63,305 nucleotides of DNA, filler included, from Octopus bimaculoides (GCF_001194135.2; 5 parts of 4 records of this genome joined end to end with filler, not necessarily neighbours in it); one strand, 5' to 3'; positions 48,206 through 62,186 are shown, counted from the whole stretch's first letter. Program-made: numbers and translations. Notes: a model not told the origin generated them from the letters alone.

Positions 48206-49662
48206 ACAGCTGTCCTCATCCTTATTCATTACATGACTGCTTCTTACACCTAATTTTTCTCTTAACATAATTGCACTTTGTCATATATGTACGTCAACAT
48301 TGCACATTCAGTGGAGTATGCAAGCCTCATGTGTCTGTATAGAGCTTCCCTTGTTTAACTCTACACCAGATCTAATTGAATAGACCCACAATGTTCTAGT
48401 CATAATTTCTTTCAGGCATAATATTTCTATGTCTACATTATCCAATATAAGAATCCTTTGTTGGTAACATTTGAGTACAATTTAAAGGTGATTTGGTTCC
48501 TTTTCTAAGCAGGTTAAGTCACGGCTTGGAAGGTTTTTTCTTTTTTGTTTGTGAAATCTACTTAACCGAAGTCACAAATTACTCCAGACATTTTTCTTCA
48601 GTTAATTTTTTCTTTCTCTAAAATTACAATGATTGTGAAGTTGACATTGCCAATATTATCAAAATTACAAGTAATTTTGTTTGTCAGTTCGCAATAGGAT
48701 TAAATGATTGTCAGAATAATTGATAACATTTTCAGAAAAAAGAAAAGAATCAGAACTTAAGAATACTCTGAGTGAAGTTTATAAATGATAAGAAACAAAG
48801 AAACTTACATTCGGCTGAGTAAACATTTGTACTCTTTGATCTCAGGGTTACACTTGAAGCTTGAGACAAGTCCGGACCAACACGATGGACTGAAACATCA
48901 ATATATTTCACACTTTCATCCACAATGTGGTTATCCTTTCCAAAATATATTACTGGCTCTGAAAATGGAAGAGTGGGAAAAAGAAGATGTCAATTTATGA
49001 AAAGAAATTCCATAGTTTCTACACTGGAATAAACAATCTGAAGTATTATGGATGTCATGATGGCACAATGTTTCGTTTATAAAATAAACTGATAGAATAC
49101 AGAGAGCACTGGGTGAATTGTATCATGGCTCCATCTCAAGAGAGGTTGCCATGCCTTCTGTAAGACAAAAATGGTTTCACTATTCTGTGTTGTCTCCATT
49201 CTTCCAAGGCAAACATGACTAAGAATGAGTGGCAAACAGTTTATAATAGGTGTTTGTGGTGGTGGGGGACATTAGTCTATGGTATATATCCTTGAAGAGT
49301 CACATGGTGGAGGAAGGAGTGGAGAATATGATGGTTAACAGTAACTAACAATAATGAAAGGAGGTACTGTATAAGAATAGATAAGATATATAAGGATAGA
49401 TCAGATATCAACCCTCATTATACACAGACATCATGGTGGAAGAGAGGTAATGTGAGAATGAGGTGATGATAGAAGAGAGATAGAATGATAAAAGTTGATG
49501 GTGGAAAGACTGAATACAAACATGTCATATGGCATCCATCATTATACAAGCAACATGGTTGTATAATGATGGATGCTATTGTTATAAAACCATAATGGAT
49601 AGGATGAGTGATGGATGAGAAGATAACAAAGGGAGCAGTAAATGGAAACTTAACAGGGAAAT

Positions 49663-49823
49663 GGGTGAAGTGGTTGTGTTGTAAGTAGCTTGCTTACCAA
49701 CCACATGGTTCTGGGTTCATTCCTACTGCGTGGCACCTTGGGCAAGTGTCTTCTACTATAGCCTTGGGCTGACCAAAGCTTTGTGAGTGGATTTGGTAGA
49801 CAGAAACTGAAAGAAGCCCGTCG

Positions 49824-49888
<65 letters not shown>

Positions 49889-50095
49889 ATGTTTGTGTGT
49901 CTGTGTTTGTCTTCGCCAACATCGCTTGACAATCGATGGTGGTGTGTTTACATACCCGTAACTTAGTGGCTCGGCAAAAGACACCAATAGAATAAGTACT
50001 AGGCATCCAAAGAATAAGTCCTGGGGTCGATTTGCTCAACTAAAGGCGGTGCTCCAGCATAGCCACAGTCAAATGACTGAAACAAGTAAAGAGTA
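49663..50095 (+). mobile_element. SINE-like family B, near full length, with internal (TA)n(TG)n
   Basis: tRNA-like head GGTTCATTCC, GGCACCTTGGGCAAGTGTC, tail GACTGAAACAAGTAAA. Confidence 0.85.
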
Positions 50096-51192
50096 ATATG
50101 CTGTACATCCTAATCTCTATTACTGCCACCACGATTTCAATGACTGTTTCACCAATAGGTGAGTCTTCTTCAAAACTGTGTTGCTAAGCATTGCAGTTCT
50201 CTATCAGCTGAATCTGAGGTTGAAGGTTTTGTGAATTTATTTCACTACATTGTCCCATACCTTCATAGGGATTTCTTTTCCATTGGGTATATCTACTTTG
50301 ACCATTTAGCATTTGGATTACTGTCAAATGTAATGCTTATTTATTCACATCATTTTGAATTAATCCTGCATTATCATGTAGCTTTGAGATTTAAATGATA
50401 TTCTTTTATTCTTTTACTGGCATTGGTCATGATTGGTTGGTGCTTTTTACATTCCACCAGCACAGGATCCAGTCACGTGAACCTGGCACCGACCACATTT
50501 GGATGGTGACTTTTATGTGCCATTGGCACGGGAGCCAGCCAGGGGACACCAGCCCCAGCTATGATATTGATTAAATATGTATGTATATATGTGTGTATAT
50601 ATGTATGTATGTATGCATATATNNNNNNNNNNNNNNNNNNNNNNNNNNNNNNNNNNNNNNNNNNNNNNNNNNNNNNNNNNNNNNNNNNNNNNNNNNNNNN
50701 NNNNNNNNNNNNNNNNNNNNNNNNNNNNNNNNNNNNNNNNNNNNNNNNNNNNNNNNNNNNNNNNNNNNNNNNNNNNNNNNNNNNNNNNNNNNNNNNNNNN
50801 NNNNNNNNNNNNNNNNNNNNNNNNNNNNNNNNNNNNNNNNNNNNNNNNNNNNNNNNNNNNNNNNNNNNNNNNNNNNNNNNNNNNNNNNNNNNNNNNNNNN
50901 NNNNNNNNNNNNNNNNNNNNNNNNNNNNNNNNNNNNNNNNNNNNNNNNNNNNNNNNNNNNNNNNNNNNNNNNNNNNNNNNNNNNNNNNNNNNNNNNNNNN
51001 NNNNNNNNNNNNNNNNNNNNNNNNNNNNNNNNNNNNNNNNNNNNNNNNNNNNNNNNNNNNNNNNNNNNNNNNNNNNNNNNNNNNNNNNNNNNNNNNNNNN
51101 NNNNNNNNNNNNNNNNNNNNNNNNNNNNNNNNNNNNNNNNNNNNNNNNNNNNNNNNNNNNNNNNNNNNNNNNNNNNNNNNNNNNNNNNNNNN

Positions 51193-51235
<43 letters not shown>

Positions 51236-53533
51236 ATATATATATATGACAAGCTTCTTTCGGTTTCTATCTATCAAATCCACTCACAAGGCTTTGGTCG
51301 GCCCAAGGTTATAGTAGAAGACACTTGCATCCAAGGTGCCATGCATTGGGACTGAACCTGGAACCATGTGGTTGGGAAGCAAGCTTCTTACCACACAGCC
51401 ACTCCTGCACCTTTTTATTTTTAGAATAACATTATAGGGTAGATATGAGAGGTCAGATTTGGCCAGTTTTGAACATTTGGGCCTTATATAGTCTGCTTAA
51501 ATGCTGACGAGTTAAGTGCTGACACTTCTTGACATCCTCTATATACTTTACATACTCATACTTATATCCAGCTTTTCTCCCAGCTCATTTGTACTGTCAT
51601 TCAGGCACTCTCATATTACACATTTAGCAGAGAAGGGAGAACATAAGGTTATGAAATTAATGCCTGAATAATATGTATTTGTCTAACCCATGCTAGCATT
51701 AAAAAAATGTTCATAAACCTGAACGAATGAATAAATCTGTAGAAGAATGGATGAAAGGATTGAGATAAAAAAAAACAAAAAAACTACTGTGCTTATGTGA
51801 CTATCTACCCAGTATTGGTTCTACCCAATCACGGAACAAATGGATAAAATGTCTGGATGGATCAACTATTCTATTAGTAATATTATAAGCTCTCTGTGTG
51901 TGTGTGTGGTGTGCACATGCATGTGTGAGTGTGTCTGTATATACCATACATACACATACAAGTATAAAATAAGGAATAATCTTCTATTTTCCTTTTTGTT
52001 CATTTCTCTTTTGGAAAGAGAAAGTGAGTGGGATGTGGGAGAGACAGAGAGAGAGAGAGAGAGATTGAGTGAATGAGTAAGAGAAAGAGAGAGAAGAGAG
52101 GATAAAAAGAGTGTGTATATGTGTGTATTTGTATGAGAAGTAAGTCTAATATTGTGTCTGCCATTAGATAATCTGATGTAAAAGTCCGCATAGAAGGATA
52201 TAGATAAGATTGCTTGGTGTCAGAGGATTCACATCAAAGACTGTAAACTTCATAGTTTTATTAGAAAAGAGACATGTTGGAGAAAGACGAAAATAGAGAA
52301 AGGATTGAATTATCAGCAAAGGAATTGCTTTTTATGGCTGGTGTTGTTGTATTTAGCCCTAGGTCAGTACTGATCAAGTATACCTATGATCAAAAGCGAT
52401 TCAGTTGAGACCACCCTGTTTCTCTTTCAGGTATAGTGTGAGTGTGTGCATCTAAGACCACAAAGAAATTGAGTTAGTGAGAGGTGATTGATGGTAAGCT
52501 AATGGTGAAGAGGAAAGGGACGTGGAATATTTTCATCTTGTAAACTTCTCTTGGATTTGTTTAAAGATTAAATGCTACTGGGGATTGAATTAATGGTATA
52601 ATCTAGATAAGAGGCATGGGCTGAGTTTCTTTTATTTTTATTCCATTCCTTTTTATTTATTATTTCAGTTTATTTGGTATTTTCTTATATTCTAATCAAG
52701 TGAGATTGGTTGGTATTAATAGACTGCAAGTTTCTTGCAAGCACTATTGAATAAGTCACTCATTTTGATCCTGTTTTGGTCTGCATTAGAAGAAGACTGA
52801 TTCAATTATGTTTCTAATGATCTTGGGAAAGGCATAGATGTAACAACATCCATTTCTTGCCCCTTTCAGAGTAGAGAACATTTGTAGGTAACCCTAAACA
52901 AATCAATATTTAAGACAGACAGAAAAGCATTAAGCTCTTGTGACAAACCAAGTCTGCAGACATTTCATTTTTGTCATTGAATTCTTAGAGAAAGGAATGT
53001 ATGTCACACAATCATCTCATTTTTTTTCTTCTTTTTTTTTTTCTTTTTCAAATATGAAGGTTTATGTTTTTATAAGAAATCAGTTTTAATGATTCCAAAT
53101 AATTGGTTTGAAGTAGTAACTGACTGAATCAATTCTGACTTTATTACTGAAGCATTCTTTAGCCTTTTTAGCATTTAGAATACTCTGCCAAATGCAATGC
53201 TCATTTATTCACATTGTTTTGAATTAATCCTTTCTCAGGTAGTGGTTTGAGATTTCAGTGATATGATTGACTGTTTTTAGAATGACAAGGTATGGTAAGT
53301 GTGAGAGGCAGGATCTGGGCCAGTATGTATATATATATATATATATATATTGAACTATCCCAAGTGTAACTGCCTGAAATGGTCGTGACATCTGGTACGT
53401 GACTGACGAAAGAAGGCCACGAATGACCTGTCTTTGTTTGCCTGTCCTTCTAATTGTTGTTTCTTTTGTCCGCCTTTGTATCGTCTATCTGTCCGAATGT
53501 TTTTATTGTCCTCTATTGCATTTTTGTTCCATT

Positions 53534-53609
<76 letters not shown>

Positions 53610-54337
53610 TGTGTATATATATATATATNNNNNNNNNNNNNNNNNNNNNNNNNNNNNNNNNNNNNNNNNNNNNNNNNNNNNNNNNNNNNNNNNNNNNNNN
53701 NNNNNNNNNNNNNNNNNNNNNNNNNNNNNNNNNNNNNNNNNNNNNNNNNNNNNNNNNNNNNNNNNNNNNNNNNNNNNNNNNNNNNNNNNNNNNNNNNNNN
53801 NNNNNNNNNNNNNNNNNNNNNNNNNNNNNNNNNNNNNNNNNNNNNNNNNNNNNNNNNNNNNNNNNNNNNNNNNNNNNNNNNNNNNNNNNNNNNNNNNNNN
53901 NNNNNNNNNNNNNNNNNNNNNNNNNNNNNNNNNNNNNNNNNNNNNNNNNNNNNNNNNNNNNNNNNNNNNNNNNNNNNNNNNNNNNNNNNNNNNNNNNNNN
54001 NNNNNNNNNNNNNNNNNNNNNNNNNNNNNNNNNNNNNNNNNNNNNNNNNNNNNNNNNNNNNNNNNNNNNNNNNNNNNNNNNNNNNNNNNNNNNNNNNNNN
54101 NNNNNNNNNNNNNNNNNNNNNNNNNNNNNNNNNNNNNNNNNNNNNNNNNNNNNNNNNNNNNNNNNNNNNNNNNNNNNNNNNNNNNNNNNNNNNNNNNNNN
54201 NNNNNNNNNNNNNNNNNNNNNNNNNNNNNNNNNNNNNNNNNNNNNNNNNNNNNNNNNNNNNNNNNNNNNNNNNNNNNNNNNNNNNNNNNNNNNNNNNNNN
54301 NNNNNNNNNNNNNNNNNNNNNNNNNNNNNNNNNNNNN

Positions 54338-54382
<45 letters not shown>

Positions 54383-54561
54383 TTATATATATATAATTTT
54401 CTAAGTTTAAATCCTACTCAGACAGTTCTGCTTTTAATCTGTTGGATCTATAATTGTAAGTACTGGTCAAGTACCAAAGTTGATTCAGTCAATTCTACAT
54501 TTCTGCCACAAATTACGACCTTGTGTCATTGTAAGAAACCATTAGTGCTTGCGTGTGTGTT

Positions 54562-54625
<64 letters not shown>

Positions 54626-56029
54626 CGCGCGCGAGTGTGTGTGTCTAAGAGATAGACAGTGTGAGAGAGAGAGACTTAGTGAACAGATATTTAATACAAT
54701 CAATTTCATTGCCTGGAAAACTTTTGATGACTGAATAGAAATCAACTTCTTTTTAGAAACCAAGATGCTTAAGATGTGACAAAGAATATTTTAAAAACGA
54801 AATCAATAAATAAAATGCACAAAAAATATACTAAAAATCAAAACCAAAATGAAAATTTTAAATGGTCTAGCAGTTAACATTGTATTCTTTAGTTATTTGT
54901 GTTCTTTGGCTATTTTCAAATATAAATTTGAAAATTGTTATTAAGCCTCTAGTCATGTCACTTTATTAGAGATCCCCTCCAGGTTTGGAAACTGGTATCA
55001 TTAACCGATTTCGTTGTCAAGTGGTTAGATTCAGAACTAATTCAACATAAGGATAACATTGGGGGCTTTATGAGGGAAAAAAAAAAAGAAAAGTAAATGA
55101 AGAAATTATAAAACAATCAAAGCAATAACAAGAAAAACGTTTTTCAAGTATATTGGAATTTGTTAAATTGTAATATACTTGACAGTATATGTGTATGTGT
55201 GTGTGTGTGTGAATGTATGAAGGTGTGTGTGTATATGTGTGAGCAGGTGTTTTACACATACATACATACATACATACATATATACATGCATACATACATA
55301 CACCCATATATATGTGTGTGTGTGTGTATATTTATATATATACATATATATATATACACACACGCACATACATATTTTATGATTCATTTAAACAATAGTT
55401 ATAAATCTGTTGTGATCATTTTGATCTCTTCAGAACAAGTTTAAAAGTAAGTTCTGAAGAGATCAAATGATGGAAACTAATATATAAAACTGTAAACTAT
55501 AGTTTAAATATATACACACAAACACACATACAGACATGTTATATATACACATACATACACGTTATATATGCACATACATACATAAATACATAACTATATA
55601 CACTCATGTGTGTGTGTGTGTGTGTGTGTACACTTACACATACAATCATCATTAACATTTTAAATCAACCTTACACACCGTAATGAGTTGGATGTGTCAT
55701 CACAATTTAAATCATCTCCTTATGCGAGCTAACGCTCCAAGAGACTCAGAACTTGTATGTGTCATTTAACTGGATATCAGTGGCTTGATGCCATTCCTAA
55801 GTGTACAGGAGGCATTTTCTTGTGGCACCAACACTGAAGATTGAATAGTCCTTGCTGACACAGAATTAGAGGAGTCTCCTAACCTTATACTATTCTCTTC
55901 TTCGTTTTGCCAACTACTTTACAGCATGTAGAGAAGATAGAGGGTTGGTTATGCAATAAGTACAGGTGGGAACTGAAATCACAATCATACAATCTTGAAT
56001 CTAATACCCGAACCACTAAGCTACATGTC

Positions 56030-56086
<57 letters not shown>

Positions 56087-56186
56087 NNNNNNNNNNNNNN
56101 NNNNNNNNNNNNNNNNNNNNNNNNNNNNNNTTAATTAATTAANNNNNNNNNNNNNNNNNNNNNNNNNNNNNNNNNNNNNNNNNNNN

Positions 56187-56263
<77 letters not shown>

Positions 56264-57161
56264 CATACATACATACATACATAAATACATACATACATGC
56301 ATACATAAATATATATATATTACATATATATATTGCATATGTATATGGCTTTATATATTTAATATGTTTATATCTATGTATGCAAGCAACCATGCATACA
56401 CACGCACACACTCACGCCCATATACATACATGCATACATATATGTATATCTACTTGAATACGATAGTGTGTGTGTGTATCTGTGTGTGTGTACGTGCGTG
56501 TGTGCACATGTGTGGATGTAAATTTAATATTCATTAAATATACATGTGCAATTATTATATTGTCTCTATCTATCTATCTATCTATCTATATGTAAATATG
56601 TGTGTATGTATATATATGTATGTATGTATGCGTATATATTTCGTGTTTGTGTTTGTCTGCACATGTGTTCTGCATAATTCATTAATTTATGTAAATATAC
56701 AGTAAAATTATACAGTTGTAAACATATATATAATATTGAAATGTAACAGCGAATCTACTCTAATAGGAATTGAACTTCAGCCCTTATTGTCCAGTGAAAT
56801 AAATATACGAACGAAGCACGGCTATTATATTTCCTTGCTTTTTGCCATTAACTCATACCTAGGAATCTAAGGCTGTAATGTGTGTGTGTTTTTTAATGTC
56901 AAATACCAACAATAATTTAATAAACTCCGTCTCCGGCAATTCTAGTAGGTATTTTATATACAAAACATGTTGAGCTACAAGTATAGTATGGCTTATAAAA
57001 CATTTTTTATGTTTAATTTGTGAGTACAAAAGCTTTCGATTAGTTCTACTATTGAGTAAGATTTGCATTGGTGGATTTCATTTGCGACATTTGGTCTCCA
57101 TCTTCAATTCTTATTTTTCTTGCAGAAGTTGCCGCTGTTGTTATTGACGTTGTTGTTGTTG

Positions 57162-57205
<44 letters not shown>

Positions 57206-57601
57206 GGTGGTGGTGGTCGTGGTGCTGCTACTGCTGCTGCTGGTGGTATTTAGCTATTGGTTCAATGCTGATCGAACAGATTTGTAATCAAAGATGTTCC
57301 CGCTGCCGGGAAACATTCCAGTTATAAAGAAACGGGTGAAGTAATTATTGAAAAACGTCTCGGTCCCCTANNNNNNNNNNNNNNNNNNNNNNNNNNNNNN
57401 NNNNNNNNNNNNNNNNNNNNNNNNNNNNNNNNNNNNNNNNNNNNNNNNNNNNNNNNNNNNNNNNNNNNNNNNNNNNNNNNNNNNNNNNNNNNNNNNNNNN
57501 NNNNNNNNNNNNNNNNNNNNNNNNNNNNNNNNNNNNNNNNNNNNNNNNNNNNNNNNNNNNNNNNNNNNNNNNNNNNNNNNNNNNNNNNNNNNNNNNNNNN
57601 N

Positions 57602-57633
<32 letters not shown>

Positions 57634-57944
57634 GAGTATATCCTTGGCGGCATTTCTTCTGGTTTCTTTCTTCCTGTGTTCAAATGCTACCACTTTGCAT
57701 TTCTTCCAACGGCGTCGTTAAAGTCTAAATTATTAATCAATACCGGGGAACCGATATAATTGACTACACCCCATCACAGACTTCCAACCAATACTAGTAA
57801 CTAGTATCACATGTGATTCGCTATAGCATACCATGTGATCACAGTTTGTAATTTTTAATAGTCGGTTGCCATTAGCAAACAGACTTCGGTTTCCGTCTTG
57901 CTTTCGCTTCTTCTTTTTCACACCTTAGTAACATTATTCATTTC

Positions 57945-58165
57945 TTTATTGCCCACAGGAGGCCAAGCATAGGAGGGACAAAGAAGGGTTTTAAGTCGAT
58001 TACATCAACCTAAGTGCATAACTGGTACTTATTCAATCGACCCCGAAAGAATGAAAGTTAAAGTCGACCTCGGTGGAATTAGAACTCAGAACGTAAAGAC
58101 AGACGAAACACGGGTAAGCATTTCGCCCGGCACGCTAACGTTTCTGCCAGCTCGCCGCTCCGCCT
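57945..58165 (-). mobile_element. SINE-like family A, near complete
   Basis: Reverse complement closely matches 91-325. Confidence 0.85.
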
Positions 58166-58630
58166 TAGTGTCCTTATTGAGATTAAACAGGGCAGCCTAA
58201 AACGTACCATCTGATTACATTTTGGTAAGCTTAATAAAACTCATATTATTTTCATATTGAACCTCATGGTCACTCCGCTGCTTACCTCATTCAGCTTTCT
58301 GTTTCATATTTTCCGTAATCGATAACATAAAATGTACCAGTCTAGTATGGAGGTTGACATAATCGATTTTTCTCCCACTAATCCACGAATCGTCCATTGC
58401 TCTCCAACTATTTCGCCATTTCTCTGTTGCTCAAGCAACACTTTTACAAACCACATTATGTTAGATATAATATTTACAAATCCATATATATATATATATA
58501 TANNNNNNNNNNNNNNNNNNNNNNNNNNNNNNNNNNNNNNNNNNNNTTAATTAATTAANNNNNNNNNNNNNNNNNNNNNNNNNNNNNNNNNNNNNNNNNN
58601 NNTTGATACTTCTTGTGTAGCATCAATTTC

Positions 58631-58905
58631 AGTGGGGAGGTGTTATATGGACTGTTAGATATGCAATTCGTCTGACGTTCCGTGTGTCATGTGGTTCGTC
58701 TGAGTTCATTGTTTCATTGTTGTTGTCTTGTGGGACTGTCGTAGTAAAATGTCATTGATATATATATAGCGGACATGACTTTTGTTTATTCATAACGAAC
58801 ATTGGGTGAGTGCGTTCTTTGTATGTAATTGAATAATAAATGTAATAATTAAATTGTATAACTCGTTATGTTATCTCTGCGAGTCAGTCCGAGGGAAACA
58901 TAACA
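58631..58905 (+). mobile_element. Polypurine tract plus 3' LTR of an LTR retrotransposon, cut by a gap
   Basis: AGTGGGGAGG|TGTTAT...AATAAA...ATAACA; inverted termini TGTTAT/ATAACA; LTR at 58641-58905. Confidence 0.6.
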
Positions 58906-58967
58906 CCAATCATCTCCTTTATTCTGATATTTATCATTTATTATTAAAACAAGAATAAATAACTTAC

Positions 58968-59090
58968 TTTCTCTTTCTTGGCAGGCTCTGTTTGCTCATT
59001 TGGATCAATATCTTCAGGAACTTCAAGAATTATATTGTCATCATTTGGATCAAGTGTCAGCATTGCTGGTCCAGGTATTTTCTCCATATT
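58968..59090 (-). CDS. TAF1: TFIID subunit 1 exon (123 nt, phase 0 to 0)
   Basis: NMEKIPGPAMLTLDPNDDNIILEVPED resembles TAF1 PVLTLDPNDENLILEIPD; CAG| and |GTAAGT sites. Confidence 0.92.
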
Positions 59091-59829
59091 CTGTTAGGAA
59101 ACAGAATGATATGACATTGTTTTATATTTAAGATGTATGTGTGGATCTGTATCTCATAGCTTATTATCATAATATATTTACATTATGTTATTATATTTCT
59201 TAGCTGGTGCTAGTAGAAGACACTTGCTCAAGATAATGTGTAGTGGGACAGAACCCAAAACCAAATGCTTGCAAAGCAAACATCTTAATCACACTGCTAT
59301 GCCTATGCCATTATTACAGTACTTATAATTAATTTACATGTATGTGTATATTTACTGTATTTGTTTGTTAAATAAAATAGTCAAAGAGGTTCAGTGCCCA
59401 TGAATTTTTCAAGTCTTCTATACGCTATGATTCAATGTTCATGTATAGTTATGTAACTCTTATGTACTGTTTAAGGCACTTTAACCAAACTAAATCAATA
59501 AATGGAAGTATATTTTTTGGAATTGATGAAAAATGTTACATAAGATTAATATAAATGATTTTAAATAACCTTTATTCAAGAAATTCAAACCATTACATTC
59601 TATCCTAATTCACTGCATCCACAATAAAAACTGTATCACTTCTTAAACTATGTTTCAGAAGTGAGGATGTGAATCATTTCTTCCAAAATATAATTTAATT
59701 CTGTGCCTAGTTCTCAGTGACAACACCCAATAACAATAAACATAATCAAATAGACCACAACTATCAATTTAAGTATATACAGAAGTTGTTTGTTTGTTTG
59801 TTTGTTTCAAAGGAAGACAAATACTTTAC

Positions 59830-59933
59830 CTCAGGGTCCCAGATAATATCCTCTTCCCAGTTTTCATAAACCAGAGCCTCATTTTCAACCGGGAAGATAG
59901 AACGCCAATTCGATTCTTTGGAATCACTAATTT
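59830..59933 (-). CDS. TAF1: TFIID subunit 1 exon (104 nt, phase 1 to 0)
   Basis: WRSIFPVENEALVYENWEEDIIWDPE resembles TAF1 [24 protein letters not shown]. Confidence 0.93.
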
Positions 59934-59961
59934 CTATGTAATCAGGAAAATTAAAGAAAAG

Positions 59962-60029
<68 letters not shown>

Positions 60030-60257
60030 TACAAAATCAAAGTAATGAAAAACCATCTTAAATTAATAGAATAAATTTAAAAGAGAGAGATAGGTAGAAT
60101 GGGCCACTTTCCAAAAAAAGATCAACTCAACTGCATGCTGTGTATATACATACACACATATATACATATATTCATGCATGCACATACATAGAAACATACA
60201 CACATACAGAAAAGAAAAGAAAACACAAAAATTGAAAAACAGAAACAAAACACTCAC

Positions 60258-60347
60258 CAGTTTGGAACTGAGGTCCAACTTTAGATCCCAAACTTTGCAC
60301 AGAAGCATTCTTCCCTGGAATTATGAAGGATTTATTTCCAAATCGGT
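60258..60347 (-). CDS. TAF1: TFIID subunit 1 exon, variable linker (90 nt, phase 1 to 1)
   Basis: CAG| and |GTGAGT sites; keeps the frame between the flanking conserved exons; reads RFGNKSFIIPGK...PQFQT. Confidence 0.75.
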
Positions 60348-60569
60348 CTGAAACAAGTGAAGAAGATAGAAACAAGTTGAATTAAAATCATTTGACAGAA
60401 AGGAAGAAACAGTCAATGTATTGAAGGTGTTTCAAGTCACATGTTGTTATTCTAAGTACTCAATCTTAGTTTACCCAATAAAGATTCCCCACCGAGAAGT
60501 AGAATAAGTCATAGACATAGCAGTTAAAAGTAAAGAGCAGGAGAAATACAAATAAACTAAAGCACATAC

Positions 60570-60789
60570 TCTGCTGCAAAAATTGGCCAGCACTTCGGAA
60601 ACTTGCACTTGGAATCCATCCTGCAGATGGTGCACGCAGTTTATGTGACTGTAGAACCTTTGCACGTGCCTCTTCACCATTCCAGATCACCTCATCCTCC
60701 CAATGGACTTGTGTCACCATTTCAAAGATTTCATCAGGAAAAGCCATCAGGTTCCTTCCTTCTTTACTCAAGTCAAATTTACTACGATC
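60570..60789 (-). CDS. TAF1: TFIID subunit 1 exon (220 nt, phase 0 to 1)
   Basis: DEIFEMVTQVHWEDEVIWNGE...AGWIPS resembles TAF1 [21 protein letters not shown]...AGWLPS. Confidence 0.93.
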
Positions 60790-60967
60790 CTAAAACGACC
60801 AAAGAGAGAAATAAGCAAAAGAAAAGCCAGTTATTTGATGCACAAACACACACACACATGCAAGCATGAATATGTGTGTGTGTATACATATATAATAAGT
60901 AAAAGGGATTAATAAATCCGGGCAGATACCTAAAAAGTACTCAGTGTTAAACAAATTTGGTTAACTA

Positions 60968-61175
60968 TGAGTGGGTGCTGAAAAGTTCCTGGCTTTGAGT
61001 AGAAGAAAATACAGGAGAATCAGTTAATTATGATTTTATTCAACATATTCCCCTCTCAGATTCACACACTTCTTGCAGTGGTCCTTCAGTTTTTCTAAGC
61101 CCTGTAAAAGAACCTGGAAGGTTTGGCCTCTATCCAGGCCTTTCACGATATCCTTAAAGCCAGGAACTTATCACA
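60968..61175. mobile_element. Mariner-derived MITE, degenerate right end
   Basis: TGCTGAAAAGTTCCTGGCTTT / AAAGCCAGGAACTTATCA. Confidence 0.7.
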
Positions 61176-61461
61176 TATCAAAACTCCTTAAATATCAAAA
61201 CACCAGATACCGATAAATTCATGTAGAATTAATATCCAAGGTAATTGTCATGTCTGACAAGTGAATCTAAGTAGTGCTTAGAAAAATTTCAAGAAATTCA
61301 GAGTATAAGACAAGAGCTAGAATGGAGAAAAACACATCTTTAATTGATGATTATTCTATACATTACTGACAACCATTTCTATTGTGCCAGTACATACAGA
61401 AAAAAGGTAGAAATTACCAGTCAAATTGATATATCACACATCCACACTTGTACATATATAT

Positions 61462-61639
61462 AGGCGTAGCTGTGTGGTAAGAAGCTTGCTTCCCAACCAC
61501 ATGGTTCCGGGTTCAGTCCCACTGCATGGCACCTAGGGCAAGTGTCTTCTGCTATAGCCTCAGGCCAACCAAAGCCTTGTGAGTGGATCTGGTAGAAAGA
61601 AACTGAAAGAAGCCTGTTGTGTATGTATATGTGTATATA

Positions 61640-61689
<50 letters not shown>

Positions 61690-62135
61690 CATCATTTAAC
61701 TTCTGCTTTCCATGCTGGCATGGGTTGGACGATTTGACTGAGGAGTGGTGAACCAGATGGCTGCACCAGGCTCCAATCTGATCTGGCAGAAATTCTACAG
61801 CTAGATGCCATTCCTAACGCCAACCACTCCAAGAGTGTAGTGGGTGCTTTTACGTGCCACCTGCACAGGATCCAGTCCAGCGGCACTGGCAACGACCTCG
61901 CTCAAATATTTTGTATATATGTGTGTTTGTGTGTGTATATGTTTGTCCCCTCCACCATCGCTTGACAATGATGTTGGTGAGTTTACATCCCTGTTATTTA
62001 GCAGTCCGGCAAAAGAGACTGACAGAATAAATACTAGGCTTACAAAGTATAATTCCTGGGGTCGATTTGTTCAATTAAAGGCGATGCTCCAGCATGGCTG
62101 CATTCAAATGACTGAAACAAGTAAAAGAATAAAAT
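61462..62135 (+). mobile_element. SINE-like family B interrupted by a reverse family C copy (about 61688-61905)
   Basis: B head, (TA)n, ATCATC-tailed reverse C copy, then the B 3' half resumes at about 61906. Confidence 0.82.
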
Positions 62136-62186
62136 ATACACACACACACTCATACAATACAGAAGTCACATAATGGAAGTTCTTAC

